Below, piece by piece: positions 47,669 through 57,566 of a DNA stretch of 64,000 bases. Made by a program: the position numbers and the translations under genes. The notes beneath the pieces are model-generated. The model saw nothing but the letters and a program-made list of their open reading frames with translations. It was not told the origin of the DNA and ran no database searches. The stretch comes from an uncultured Desulfatitalea sp. Lineage in GTDB: Bacteria > Desulfobacterota > Desulfobacteria > Desulfobacterales > Desulfosarcinaceae. How positions within the stretch are numbered: the first letter of the stretch is position 1; each line of letters opens with the position of its first letter. The stretch lies in contig CAXXMB010000001.1 in NCBI GenBank assembly GCA_963668675.2, forward strand, positions 640,001 to 704,000, read 5' to 3'.

Positions 47669-48460
47669 ATGGCGTACAACAATATCATTGTCGAGACGAC
47701 GGAAGGCATCTCGACCATCACCTTTAATCGACCCAAAGCGCTCAACGCGCTGAACGGCGCCCTGTTGGACGAAATGGACATCGCCTTGCAGGAGGTCGCC
47801 GGAAACGAAGATATTCGCGTGCTGGTGCTCACCGGTGCAGGAGGGAAGGCATTTGTGGCCGGTGCAGATATCACGGAGCTGGCCAAACTCGATACCCTCT
47901 CGGCAAAGGTGTTTATAAACAAGGGGCTGATGGTGATCAACAGACTGACCGAGCTGCCGATCCCGGTCATTGCGGCAGTCAACGGATTTGCTCTGGGGGG
48001 CGGGCTTGAAATTTCCATGGCGTGTGATTTTATCTACGCATCATCATCGGCCCGCTTCGGCCAGCCGGAAATCAATCTGGGCCTCATTCCCGGCTATGGG
48101 GGAACCCAAAGGCTACCGAGGATTATCGGTATCGGACGAGCCAAGGAGCTGCTGTTGAGCGGGAGGATGGTCACGGCCGACGAGGCGCACCGGCTCGGGA
48201 TCGTTAATCGCGTCCTGCCGCCCGAAGAGCTGATGGCGGAGGTGATGACCACCGCCAGGGAGATGGCCTCCAAAGGTAAGGTCGCCCTGCGGGCTATCAA
48301 ACAGGCGGTCAACAACGGATTGAATGTGGACCTGGCATCCGGTCTGCGCATCGAGACCGATGCATTTGCCCTCTGCATGGCGAGTTCGGACGCCAAAGAG
48401 GGAACCTCGGCTTTTTTAGAGAAGCGTCGGCCTAAATTCAAAGGCGGACTGATTGATTAA
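47669..48460 (+). CDS. Enoyl-CoA hydratase (crotonase)
   Basis: NRPKALNALN, AFVAGADI, GFALGGGLE, GQPEINLGLIPG.GGTQRL. Confidence 0.93.
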   Translation: MAYNNIIVETTEGISTITFNRPKALNALNGALLDEMDIALQEVAGNEDIRVLVLTGAGGKAFVAGADITELAKLDTLSAKVFINKGLMVINRLTELPIPVIAAVNGFALGGGLEISMACDFIYASSSARFGQPEINLGLIPGYGGTQRLPRIIGIGRAKELLLSGRMVTADEAHRLGIVNRVLPPEELMAEVMTTAREMASKGKVALRAIKQAVNNGLNVDLASGLRIETDAFALCMASSDAKEGTSAFLEKRRPKFKGGLID

Positions 48461-48630
48461 CAATCACCCGGTATAGATGACAGGCCCGCAGCGGATGCCT
48501 GGCAACCGTTCGGCACCGGTTTCTTATCAATATAACGACACGACAGTTCAACGTCGCCTTCGCTTGTCAATGGACACACGACCAAGAGAAGATTCGGATA
48601 ATGACGCGAGCGACAAAGAGGAGCAGAGCG

Positions 48631-49932
48631 ATGATTTATAATATGGAGTATGAAACCATGCCCCGCGAAGCCTTGGAGGCGATCCAGCTTCGCAGACTGC
48701 AATCAACCGTGGAGCGTGTATTTGCCAACGTTCCGTTCTACCGGGAGAAATTTAACGAGGCCAAGGTCTCGCCGGCCGATATCCGCTCCGTGGCGGATCT
48801 GCGGCGACTGCCCTTTACGACCAAACAGGACCTGAGGGACAACTACCCTTTCGGAATGTTCGCCGTTCCCATGGACCACGTGGTGCGCATACACGCCTCT
48901 TCCGGCACCACCGGCCAGCCCACCGTGGTCGGTTACACCGCCAGGGATATCAATACCTGGTCGGAGTTGATGGCCCGGGCACTGATGGCCGGCGGCGCCG
49001 ACCGGGGGGACATCATTCACAACGCATACGGATACGGTCTGTTTACAGGGGGCTTGGGGGTGCACTATGGCGCCGAAAGGCTGGGCGCTTCGGTGATCCC
49101 CGTCTCTGGCGGCAACACACGCCGACAGGTGATGATCATGAAGGACTTCGGACCGACGATTATAACCGCCACCCCCTCCTACACCCTTCATCTGGCCGAA
49201 GTGGCCGAAGAGATGGGGGTCTCTTTCAAGGATCTCAAATTTAAGTTCGGGATATTCGGCGCAGAGCCATGGTCTGAAACCATGCGCACTGAAATTGAAA
49301 GAAAACTCAATATCGTCGCTGTGGATATCTATGGCCTCAGTGAAGTGATGGGGCCCGGTGTGGCCATCGAGTGCAAAGAGGCCAAAAACGGGCTGCATGT
49401 CTTCGAGGACCACTTCATACCGGAGATCATCAATCCCGATACGCTTGAATCGCTGCCATACGGTGAGACCGGAGAGCTGGTCTTTACGACCATCTCCAAA
49501 GAGGCATTTCCGGTCATCCGTTATCGGACGCGCGACATCTGTTCGCTCAACCCGGAGCCGTGCATCTGCGGGCGGAGCCATCTGCGAATGAGCCGTGTGA
49601 CCGGGCGCAGCGACGACATGCTCATTATCAGGGGCGTAAATGTGTTCCCGTCACAGATCGAAAGCGTCCTTATGGACATGGAGGGGGTAACACCGCACTA
49701 CCAGCTTGTGGTGGACCGCGAGGGCGCTCTGGATATTCTGACCGTCCGGGTGGAAGTCGGGGAGGGCATGTTCTCCGACGAGGTTAAAAAGCTGCAGGCC
49801 GTCGAAAAGCATATCTCCAAAAACATCAAAGAGCTGCTCGGCGTCTCAGCCAAGGTGAAACTGGTCGAGCCCAAAGGCATTGCCCGCAGTGAAGGCAAGG
49901 CTGTTCGGGTCATCGACAATCGAAAACTATAG
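48631..49932 (+). CDS. paaK: Phenylacetate-CoA ligase family protein
   Basis: [58 protein letters not shown]. Confidence 0.92.
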   Translation: MIYNMEYETMPREALEAIQLRRLQSTVERVFANVPFYREKFNEAKVSPADIRSVADLRRLPFTTKQDLRDNYPFGMFAVPMDHVVRIHASSGTTGQPTVVGYTARDINTWSELMARALMAGGADRGDIIHNAYGYGLFTGGLGVHYGAERLGASVIPVSGGNTRRQVMIMKDFGPTIITATPSYTLHLAEVAEEMGVSFKDLKFKFGIFGAEPWSETMRTEIERKLNIVAVDIYGLSEVMGPGVAIECKEAKNGLHVFEDHFIPEIINPDTLESLPYGETGELVFTTISKEAFPVIRYRTRDICSLNPEPCICGRSHLRMSRVTGRSDDMLIIRGVNVFPSQIESVLMDMEGVTPHYQLVVDREGALDILTVRVEVGEGMFSDEVKKLQAVEKHISKNIKELLGVSAKVKLVEPKGIARSEGKAVRVIDNRKL

Positions 49933-50023
49933 GGCCGAATCCAGCATACCAATTCCGAGGGCAGGACGATTTTGGCATCCGCCGGTAGGATCGATCTCTA
50001 CGATCAAATGATAAGGAGGCACC

Positions 50024-50455
50024 ATGCACGTTGAGCAAATTTCCGTATTTCTGGAGAACAAATCGGGAAGATTATCCGAAGTGACCGCTATTCTGTCCGA
50101 GGCGGGCATCAACATCCGTGCCCTTGCACTGGCAGACACATCCGATTTCGGCGTATTGCGCCTGATTGTGGATGATAAGGACAAGGCCGTCAACACGCTG
50201 AAGGACAATGGGTTCACCGTGGGCAAGACGGAAGTTCTCGCGGTAGAGGTGCAAGATCGACCCGGCGGCCTCAACAATATTCTCGATATTTTGAAATCGA
50301 ACAGTATCAATGTGGAGTACATGTATGCCTACGTTAGGCACACCGGCGAAAATGCCGTCATGATTTTTCGGTTTGACAATATCGCGGCCGCCATTGAAGT
50401 GCTCACCAAAGAGGGCGTTGCTATCTTGGAAGGCGAGAAACTCTACGCGCTGTAA
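50024..50455 (+). CDS. ACT-domain protein (two ACT domains)
   Basis: [27 protein letters not shown]; a common paaK neighbour. Confidence 0.9.
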   Translation: MHVEQISVFLENKSGRLSEVTAILSEAGINIRALALADTSDFGVLRLIVDDKDKAVNTLKDNGFTVGKTEVLAVEVQDRPGGLNNILDILKSNSINVEYMYAYVRHTGENAVMIFRFDNIAAAIEVLTKEGVAILEGEKLYAL

Positions 50456-50467
50456 GATCCCCCTCTT

Positions 50468-50596
50468 TTATTAATCCGGCAACTAATTAGGCCAACCTTC
50501 GTCATCCCGGACTCGATCCGGGATCCGTGCAAGATTCTGGATTCCAGCTTTCGCTGGGATGACGCGTGCTGTGGCATTTAATCGCCGGGTTAATAA
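50468..50596. repeat. MITE/REP-like palindromic element with imperfect terminal inverted repeats
   Basis: Ends TTATTAATCCGGCAACTAATT and ATTTAATCGCCGGGTTAATAA (17/21 complementary); internal GTCATCCCGGACTCGATCCGGGATCC...TGGATTCCAGCTTTCGCTGGGATGAC. Confidence 0.75.
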
Positions 50597-50611
50597 TACA
50601 GCCTCTGGCGG

Positions 50612-50676
50612 AAAACAGACGCCCCGACCGCTGTTGCTGGAAAAGTTGACGGCATAGCTGCCGGGGCGTCTGTTTT
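50612..50676. terminator. Long hairpin, likely terminator of paaK-ACT
   Basis: Perfect 15-bp inverted repeat AAAACAGACGCCCCG / CGGGGCGTCTGTTTT. Confidence 0.6.
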
Positions 50677-50753
50677 GATCTATTCCTTAAGTTTGGCCTT
50701 TCGATTTGGCATTTGGGCCTTGTCTATAAGCGCGGCTGGTATAATTTGGATGT

Positions 50754-50780
50754 TAACTTTTAATGGTGAAACGCCGATAA
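50754..50780 (+). promoter_or_regulatory. Putative sigma-28 (FliA) promoter
   Basis: TAACTTTT-N11-GCCGATAA versus consensus TAAAGTTT-N11-GCCGATAA. Confidence 0.55.
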
Positions 50781-50959
50781 CAACTATCAGCCGAACATGG
50801 GGTGGCGCGAAGGCAGACGCACTGCAGATAACGCCCTGTAGGTGTTGGGAAAAGTCGTTCAGTGGCCATTGACTTTGTTTTACGTTTGCGGTTATATTAC
50901 ATTAATTATACAGAGGAAACAGCCACAAAAGACCACTGACGCGAGATGGATTTCAATAC

Positions 50960-51211
50960 ATGGATCAAAAAGCTCCGACGCCAAAAAACAGCGCTCAAAT
51001 GATATGGGGGTGTGCGCTTGTCCTTGCGGGGGTAGGCGTCTTTATAAGAATACCGCAGGTGATGCCGAAAATCGCTCAAATCGAGAGTTTTGCCAATGCG
51101 ACCGGTGTCATTCGTGTCTGTTTCTACTTGATGGGAATTATTCTCATTGGCGGTGGTATCCAAAAGGTCTACAGATACGTTAAATCTTCGAAACCGGATT
51201 CGAACCCATAA
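50960..51211 (+). CDS. Small two-TM membrane protein
   Basis: 83 aa with two hydrophobic helices; 28 bp upstream of the ATPase ORF. Confidence 0.7.
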   Translation: MDQKAPTPKNSAQMIWGCALVLAGVGVFIRIPQVMPKIAQIESFANATGVIRVCFYLMGIILIGGGIQKVYRYVKSSKPDSNP

Positions 51212-51239
51212 AACACCAATCCGGTTCAGGAATTGAAAT

Positions 51240-53552
51240 ATGCTAAAAGCAAATGAGGCCCAAGACGTCTCCCAAACCAGCGTCGGGGATCTGAGTTCCG
51301 TCGCCGAGTATAGAACCAGGCTGCAAGAGATCGGAAATCGGATCAACTCAGCCAGGGATCTGGATGAGATTCTCATCGATCTGAAAGATGAGATAACCGA
51401 CCTGTTCACTGCTGAACGGTTGACGATTTACGTGATCGACGGTGTCAAACGCGAACTGGTTTCGCGTTTCAAAAGCGGTGACGAGGTCGCCGAAATTCGT
51501 GTCCCGGTGAACAAAGACTCCCTGGCCGGCTATTGCGCACTGACGCATAAGCTTCTTAATATCGAAAATGTGTATGATGACAAAGAACTGGCCGGCATCG
51601 ACGAGAATCTCGGGTTTGACAAGTCGTGGGACCAGAAGACGGGATACCGCACAAAACAGGTGCTCTCGTACCCGATTATTTTCCAGAAGTACCTCATGGG
51701 AGGTCTTCAGCTCATCAATCGTCTCGATGGGGGAAAATTCACTGCCGAAGACGAAAAGGCCATTGCCGATCTCTCCAAAATAATAGGCATCGCCCTCTAC
51801 AACCAGAAACGCATGGCCGCAAGGGGAGGGCGCACCACCAAGTTCGATTACCTTCTCGAAAATCATCTGCTCACCCAGAAAGAGCTGACCAAAGCCATCA
51901 CCGACGCACGTCAACGCAAGGAGCCTGTCGACAGCGTACTGATTCGGGAGTATAAAGTTCCCAAATCGGAGTTGGGTGAGTCCCTGGCACGCTACTACAA
52001 AGTGCCGTTTGTCGCTTACAATGCCACCTATCCCATCCCGGGCGATCTGCTTAGCGGACTCAAAGTGCCCTTTATGAGGACCAACGTATGGGTGCCGCTG
52101 CGAAGCGAGGACAGCCAGCCGGTCGTGGCCATAGACGACCCGCACGACCTCAAACGCATTGACGAGATCAAGGCCCTGTTCCCCGGACGCAGACTGAAGT
52201 TCGTGGTAGCGCTTAAACAGGACGTTCTCGATTTCATCAAGCTGTTCACTGCCGATGAGAAGGAGATGGCCCAGATTGATGACATCCTGTCTCAACTCCA
52301 GGATGAGCACCAGGAGATCGAGGAGGCCGAATCCGGCGTCGGAGAAGAGGACAGCGCCGTCGTTCAGTTGGTCAACAAGATCATTTTAGATGCCTATGCC
52401 CGAAATGCCTCCGATATCCATATCGAACCTTACTCGGGCAAGCAGAACACCATGGTCCGTATTCGCGTGGACGGCTCCTGTACGGTCTACCAGACAATTC
52501 CTTTTGCGTATCGGAATGCGGTCGTGTCGCGGATCAAAATCATGTCGGACCTTGACATCGCAGAGCGACGGCTGCCCCAGGACGGCAAGATCAAGTTCAA
52601 GAAGTATGGCGGCAAAGATATCGAGCTGCGTGTCGCCACCATCCCTACCCAGGGCGGACTCGAAGATGTGGTCATGCGTATCTTGGCCGCTGGGGAGCCC
52701 ATCCCATTGAATAAAATGGGGTTCTCAGAGACCAACTACGAAAGTTTCCTGCAATCGGTCGTCAAACCATATGGTTTGATTCTCGTCTGCGGACCCACCG
52801 GTTCAGGTAAAACCACGACGCTTCACTCGGCACTGGCCTATATCAACAAGACCGAAACCAAAATATGGACGGCCGAAGACCCTGTTGAAATCACACAGAA
52901 GGGGTTGCGCCAAGTCCAGGTCAAATCCAAAATTGGCTTCGACTTCGCCGCTGCCATGCGCTCCTTTCTGCGCGCCGACCCCGATGTCATCATGGTCGGC
53001 GAGATGCGCGACAAGGAGACCACCCATATCGGCATCGAAGCGTCCCTGACCGGTCACTTGGTCTTTTCGACGCTGCATACCAACAGTGCGCCTGAAAGTA
53101 TCGTGCGCCTACTCGATATGGGCATGGATCCATTTAACTTCGCGGATGCCATCTTGTGCATTATGGCCCAGCGGCTGGTGCGCACGCTCTGTCCCGACTG
53201 CAAAAAGGAGTACAATCCATCAGAGGAAGAGTTTAATGAGCTGATCAGAGAGTATGGGGAGGAAGACTTTCAGAACAATATGGGCACTCAATACAGCTCG
53301 GATATCCCCTTATTCAAGCCTGTCGGATGCGAATTGTGCAACAACACCGGGTACCGGGGGCGCATGGGTATTCACGAATTGTTGACCGGTACGGATGAAA
53401 TGAAGAAGTTGATTCAGATCCGCGCCAAAATGGAAGATATTCGCGAGCAGGCGATCAAGGACGGCATGCGGACCCTTAAACAGGATGGAATAGAGAAGAT
53501 ATTCTTCGGCCATACCGATTTACTGCAGGTTCGGAAGGTTTGTATTAAATAA
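51240..53552 (+). CDS. GAF-domain-fused PilB/GspE-family secretion ATPase
   Basis: GAF (NIENVYDD, FDKSWDQKTGYRTKQVL, QLINR, FTAEDE), ASDIHIEP, GPTGSGKTTTL, LRADPDVIMVGEMRD, CxxC/CxxC Zn motif; start codon uncertain. Confidence 0.92.
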   Translation: MLKANEAQDVSQTSVGDLSSVAEYRTRLQEIGNRINSARDLDEILIDLKDEITDLFTAERLTIYVIDGVKRELVSRFKSGDEVAEIRVPVNKDSLAGYCALTHKLLNIENVYDDKELAGIDENLGFDKSWDQKTGYRTKQVLSYPIIFQKYLMGGLQLINRLDGGKFTAEDEKAIADLSKIIGIALYNQKRMAARGGRTTKFDYLLENHLLTQKELTKAITDARQRKEPVDSVLIREYKVPKSELGESLARYYKVPFVAYNATYPIPGDLLSGLKVPFMRTNVWVPLRSEDSQPVVAIDDPHDLKRIDEIKALFPGRRLKFVVALKQDVLDFIKLFTADEKEMAQIDDILSQLQDEHQEIEEAESGVGEEDSAVVQLVNKIILDAYARNASDIHIEPYSGKQNTMVRIRVDGSCTVYQTIPFAYRNAVVSRIKIMSDLDIAERRLPQDGKIKFKKYGGKDIELRVATIPTQGGLEDVVMRILAAGEPIPLNKMGFSETNYESFLQSVVKPYGLILVCGPTGSGKTTTLHSALAYINKTETKIWTAEDPVEITQKGLRQVQVKSKIGFDFAAAMRSFLRADPDVIMVGEMRDKETTHIGIEASLTGHLVFSTLHTNSAPESIVRLLDMGMDPFNFADAILCIMAQRLVRTLCPDCKKEYNPSEEEFNELIREYGEEDFQNNMGTQYSSDIPLFKPVGCELCNNTGYRGRMGIHELLTGTDEMKKLIQIRAKMEDIREQAIKDGMRTLKQDGIEKIFFGHTDLLQVRKVCIK

Positions 53553-53582
53553 GTAGGAAAGTTTAAAGTTTAAAGTGAATGT

Positions 53583-53614
53583 GGGCGGGGGGTTACCCCG
53601 CCCTTCTTATTTTT
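53583..53614 (+). terminator. Intrinsic terminator between convergent genes
   Basis: GGGCGGGG-GGTTA-CCCCGCCC then TTCTTATTTTT. Confidence 0.7.
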
Positions 53615-55448
53615 ATGGTTGCAGGGCCTGTTTGAATCTCTTAAGCTGATCTTCGTAGATTCCTTTCTCTTCCGGATTCATTGAGAGCGCTTTCTCTTCA
53701 GCGGCGATGGCCTCTTCGATACGGCCGTTGGCGAAGAGGGCTTCGGCCAGGGTGTCCCAGATATGGGGAGCGGATTTGAGTGCGATGGCACGTCGGGCCA
53801 GCGCGAGCGAACGCTGAGGATTGTATGTATTCTCGCCTTTGGATGTGGCCAGCAGCCATGCCAGATTGTTCAGTATGTCGGGGTCGTTCGAATCAAGTGC
53901 GATCGCCTTCTCATAATTCTCCAAGGCAGCCTCTATGTTCTCCTGTTCCAGATAGATCGTACCGATCATCCCATAGAGTGTCGCGTCATCATCCGTTTTG
54001 GTCTCCTTCTGATACAGGTAGGACTCCAGCGCGGCGAGGGTGAATTGCCTGTTGCCCTGATTCATAACCATCTGGTTGAGCTGAAAGACACCGGCCGCCA
54101 ATATCGCGAATCCCACCAGATAGGCGATGATGCTGTTGCGCACTTTTCGATCGTGTTTTGTAATCCACTCGGGAGATTGCTCGCAGCGCACCAGGTAGTC
54201 GATGCGCTCGCGTATACTGAAATGGTGCCAGTTGGGCTTGTCGGCGGGTTGGCCGCTGGAGATAACGATTTTATTGAAGGTGGTGATCAAGGCCTGTGCA
54301 TCGGGGAAGATCCGGAATACGAAAAGATCGGCCTGGCGTTCAAAGTTGCGGATAAAGAAGCCGAAGATGAAACGGAAGTAGACCACGATGCCGATGACCA
54401 GAAGAAGCCCATAGAGGGCGTAGATGAACTTGATGGGGTTGATTTTGAAAGAGAGCAAGAGCCCCAGAATCGATTTTGAAAAGATCGTCAGCGCCACACT
54501 CAAAGGGTAGACCGCATAGGAGATCAGCATGAACCCGACAAAGAGAAGCAGGTAGAGGAGCAGGTGTTTTCGTTTTACATGGCCGATTTCATGGGCGATG
54601 ACCTGATCCACCTCCTGCGGGGTCAACAAGCGCAACAGTGCTTCGGTAACCAGAATATAGCGAAAGCGGCTGACCAGTCCCATCACGCCGGCGGTGATCA
54701 TGCGTCCTCCGAAGATCGGCCAATAGACAATATCGGCATAGCGCACACCGGTTTTTTTGCAGAGGGACTCGATTCGGCTTCTGAAAAAACCGTTTTCAAG
54801 AGGGCGGCAGCGCCAGAAACGCTGGATCAGCAGGGGTGCAAAGACGGCGGCCACCACCAGGAACAAGAGAAAATAGCCGGTCTGGCCGAACGAAGTGTTG
54901 AGAATGCGTTTGGGCCACTCAAACGGAAGCATCTGCAAAATGTCTGAGAGGCCGAAGAGAACGAGCCACGGCACAATGACGGGAACGCTCAGGGCGACGT
55001 TGGAGTAAACGTATTCGCGGCGCGAAAGATCACTCTGGTAGATCGCCTTTTGCGCATCGTATGCAAAAAGCCATACGACGATCAGGTAGCTCACAAACAG
55101 CATGAGAAAGATGAGATCCGCGAGGGTCGGGATCGCGCTGAAAAGGGGAAGGAAGGCCAGATGCGACGGCAGCTCCAAGAGCCAGATGTCCACGGCAAAT
55201 ACCACCAGTGCGGCGATCAAGTGACGCGTTACCAGTAGACCGAAGCGTTGATCCAGGCGTGTGCGGTCTTCCCGTCCGATGCATCTGACGAGATAAGCGA
55301 AACGATTTTTGGCGTACAGCGCAAATAGCGCCGAGACGCCGAGAAGTCCCATGAATGACTGTGCCAGGCTCAGAGACGGTGTCTGTGACGGCTGGTAAAG
55401 GGTCAGGGTGATCAAGGCAATGATAAAAAAGATGAAATGTGCAAACAT
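53613..55448 (-). CDS. M48-family membrane zinc metalloprotease with C-terminal TPRs
   Basis: Multiple TMs, AHEIGH, ERQAD, H.SIRERI, LNNLAWLLAT and DTLAEA TPRs. Confidence 0.88.
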   Translation of the reverse strand: MFAHFIFFIIALITLTLYQPSQTPSLSLAQSFMGLLGVSALFALYAKNRFAYLVRCIGREDRTRLDQRFGLLVTRHLIAALVVFAVDIWLLELPSHLAFLPLFSAIPTLADLIFLMLFVSYLIVVWLFAYDAQKAIYQSDLSRREYVYSNVALSVPVIVPWLVLFGLSDILQMLPFEWPKRILNTSFGQTGYFLLFLVVAAVFAPLLIQRFWRCRPLENGFFRSRIESLCKKTGVRYADIVYWPIFGGRMITAGVMGLVSRFRYILVTEALLRLLTPQEVDQVIAHEIGHVKRKHLLLYLLLFVGFMLISYAVYPLSVALTIFSKSILGLLLSFKINPIKFIYALYGLLLVIGIVVYFRFIFGFFIRNFERQADLFVFRIFPDAQALITTFNKIVISSGQPADKPNWHHFSIRERIDYLVRCEQSPEWITKHDRKVRNSIIAYLVGFAILAAGVFQLNQMVMNQGNRQFTLAALESYLYQKETKTDDDATLYGMIGTIYLEQENIEAALENYEKAIALDSNDPDILNNLAWLLATSKGENTYNPQRSLALARRAIALKSAPHIWDTLAEALFANGRIEEAIAAEEKALSMNPEEKGIYEDQLKRFKQALQP

Positions 55449-55475
55449 GGGTGCGTCACCGTTTTAAACTGTTTA

Positions 55476-56054
55476 TCACTGCCTTGAGGCGTCGATGATT
55501 GCAGATTTGGATGATCGTTTGGACGCTCTGCCGAGGTATCGCTCTTTTTCACTGTAGATGCACCCGCAGTACTGTTGGCGGTACATGCCCAACGCTTTGG
55601 ACGCTTGGATACCCTCTTTCCATCCTTCGCGGAAGTCCTGGTAGTGGAAAGGAATTCCCACCTCCTTGCCGACCGCCTCTCCGATGGATCGGATGGCTTC
55701 ATGCTTTTGAAATTTGCTGTACAGCAGGGTGGTGGAAAACGTGTCGAACTTCCCCCGTTTGGCAATCAGGGCCGTTGATCTGAGGCGGTCGTGGTAACAC
55801 AGTTCACAGCGATTCGATTCCCGGAAGACAGCGCTTCGCAGAAATCCTTCCAGGTCGTATTCGGGGGCGATGATCAGTTTGATTTCGATCTGCCTGGCGT
55901 AAGATTCGAGGGTCTCTTGACGCTTCAAGCATTCGGTGTAGGGATGGATATTACTGCGGTAGAAGTATCCCATTACCTCGAACCGGTCTTCGCCCAGAAC
56001 CCGGATGGGGTAGATGCTGCAGGGGCCGCAGCAGATGTGCAGTAACAGTTTCAT
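55476..56054 (-). CDS. queH: Epoxyqueuosine reductase QueH
   Basis: LLLHICCGPC, NIHPY.E..KR, RCELC, YRQQYCGCIYS. Confidence 0.92.
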   Translation of the reverse strand: MKLLLHICCGPCSIYPIRVLGEDRFEVMGYFYRSNIHPYTECLKRQETLESYARQIEIKLIIAPEYDLEGFLRSAVFRESNRCELCYHDRLRSTALIAKRGKFDTFSTTLLYSKFQKHEAIRSIGEAVGKEVGIPFHYQDFREGWKEGIQASKALGMYRQQYCGCIYSEKERYLGRASKRSSKSAIIDASRQ

Positions 56055-56779
56055 CTTCGTTCACCAAAAATATAGGTTCCGATGCGTACAAGCGTAGCGC
56101 CCTCTTCGATGGCCGCCTCGAAATCGCCGGTCATCCCCATGGAGAGCTCCTTCATCTCGATGTTCGGGATGTCACACGTTTTCAGCCGATCCCTCAAAAG
56201 CCGAAGTGCTTTAAAATAGGGGCGTGCCCCTTCAGGGTCGTAGAAGAAGGGCGGCATGGCCATCAGCCCCTTGATGCGGACGTTTGGGAGCCGGTTGATC
56301 TCCCGTAACAACGTTTCGGCGTCGTTTTCGCCAACACCCGATTTGGTCGGCTCCGCGCTGATGTTGATCTGAACGAGAATGTCTTGAACCTTGCCGGCCT
56401 TGCGCGCTTGTTTGTCCAGTTCGACGGCCAGCTTGGATGAATCCACGGTGTGAATCAGATCAAACATGCGAACGGCATACTTGGCTTTATTGCGCTGCAG
56501 ATGGCCGATGAAGTGCCACTGCACCGGGTTGCAGATCAAGGCGTCGAACTTGGACCTCGCCTCCTGGATATAGTTTTCACCGATAATGGCTGCCCCGGCA
56601 TCGATCGCTGCCTGAATCGTTTCAGGCGGATGGGTTTTTCCCACCACTACCAGGCGAATGCTGGAGGGACTTCTGCCGCTTCGCTCTGCAGCCGCGGTGA
56701 TCGTATCGGTCACCTTGGCGATATTGCTTCGTATGGTATCACACATTTCAAGTGTCATGGGTATTGATCCGTTGACCAT
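56051..56779 (-). CDS. yggS: PLP homeostasis protein (YggS/PROSC family)
   Basis: GENYIQE, WHFIGHLQRNK, LSMGMTGDF..AIEEGAT.VRIGT.IFG; start uncertain. Confidence 0.93.
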   Translation of the reverse strand: MVNGSIPMTLEMCDTIRSNIAKVTDTITAAAERSGRSPSSIRLVVVGKTHPPETIQAAIDAGAAIIGENYIQEARSKFDALICNPVQWHFIGHLQRNKAKYAVRMFDLIHTVDSSKLAVELDKQARKAGKVQDILVQINISAEPTKSGVGENDAETLLREINRLPNVRIKGLMAMPPFFYDPEGARPYFKALRLLRDRLKTCDIPNIEMKELSMGMTGDFEAAIEEGATLVRIGTYIFGERR

Positions 56780-57437
56780 CCGGTGAAGCGGTGCTGCTTT
56801 TTACGTCGGAGATCCTCACCACTTTCTCCCGGATCAGGTGTTCGATCACCTCGCATACCGGCAGTCCGACCACGTTGGTATAGGAGCCGTTGATCCGTTT
56901 GACCAAAAAGGTGCCCAACCCCTGTATGGCATATGCGCCGGCTTTGTCGAAAGGCTCGCCGGTGTGGATATACCACTCGATCTCCGCTTCGGAAAGCTGT
57001 TTGAACACGACATCGGTGCAGACACTCTCCGTAATCGTTTTTTCCTCAAAACGGCAGCGGATTGTAAAGCCGGTATAGACTTGATGGGTCTGGCCGCTCA
57101 AACGGAATAACATTCGGCGTGCGGCTTCCATCCCTACAGGCTTGCCCAGTATCTCTTCATCGATCACAACGATGGTGTCGGCGCCGATGACCCAACTGTC
57201 GGGGTGTTGGGTGGCGATATCTTCCGCTTTCATCTGTGACAGTCTGCTCACATATGGACCGGGAAGATCCTGCCGCAGGCGGCTTTCATCGACGTTGCTG
57301 GGCATCACATCGAATTCGAGCCCGGCCTTGGCGAGCAGATATTTTCGCCGGGGAGATTTGGATGCAAGAATGATACGGCCTTGTTGGGTTTTTTCGACCA
57401 TGCTGGGGGTTTTATCAGATGGTAGATGGGTTGGCAA
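56748..57437 (-). CDS. maf: Maf-family nucleotide pyrophosphatase
   Basis: ILASKSPRR, IGADTIV, DKAGAYAIQG, GSYTNVVGLP; start uncertain. Confidence 0.92.
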   Translation of the reverse strand: MPTHLPSDKTPSMVEKTQQGRIILASKSPRRKYLLAKAGLEFDVMPSNVDESRLRQDLPGPYVSRLSQMKAEDIATQHPDSWVIGADTIVVIDEEILGKPVGMEAARRMLFRLSGQTHQVYTGFTIRCRFEEKTITESVCTDVVFKQLSEAEIEWYIHTGEPFDKAGAYAIQGLGTFLVKRINGSYTNVVGLPVCEVIEHLIREKVVRISDVKSSTASPDGQRINTHDT

Positions 57438-57474
57438 GATTGGGGCGGTTGAGCATTTGTTTTGATGGAAGATG

Positions 57475-57521
57475 AAAACAGCGCCCGGCAGTCCCTACGA
57501 TTCAGGAGCTGCCGGGCGCTG
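57475..57521 (-). terminator. Intrinsic terminator after the MCP gene
   Basis: 13-bp inverted repeat CAGCGCCCGGCAG / CTGCCGGGCGCTG followed by TTTT on the minus strand. Confidence 0.65.
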
Positions 57522-57566
57522 ATGGTTTGTTCGGACAGGTCGTCCTGGAGTGATCCGGAACGCTCC

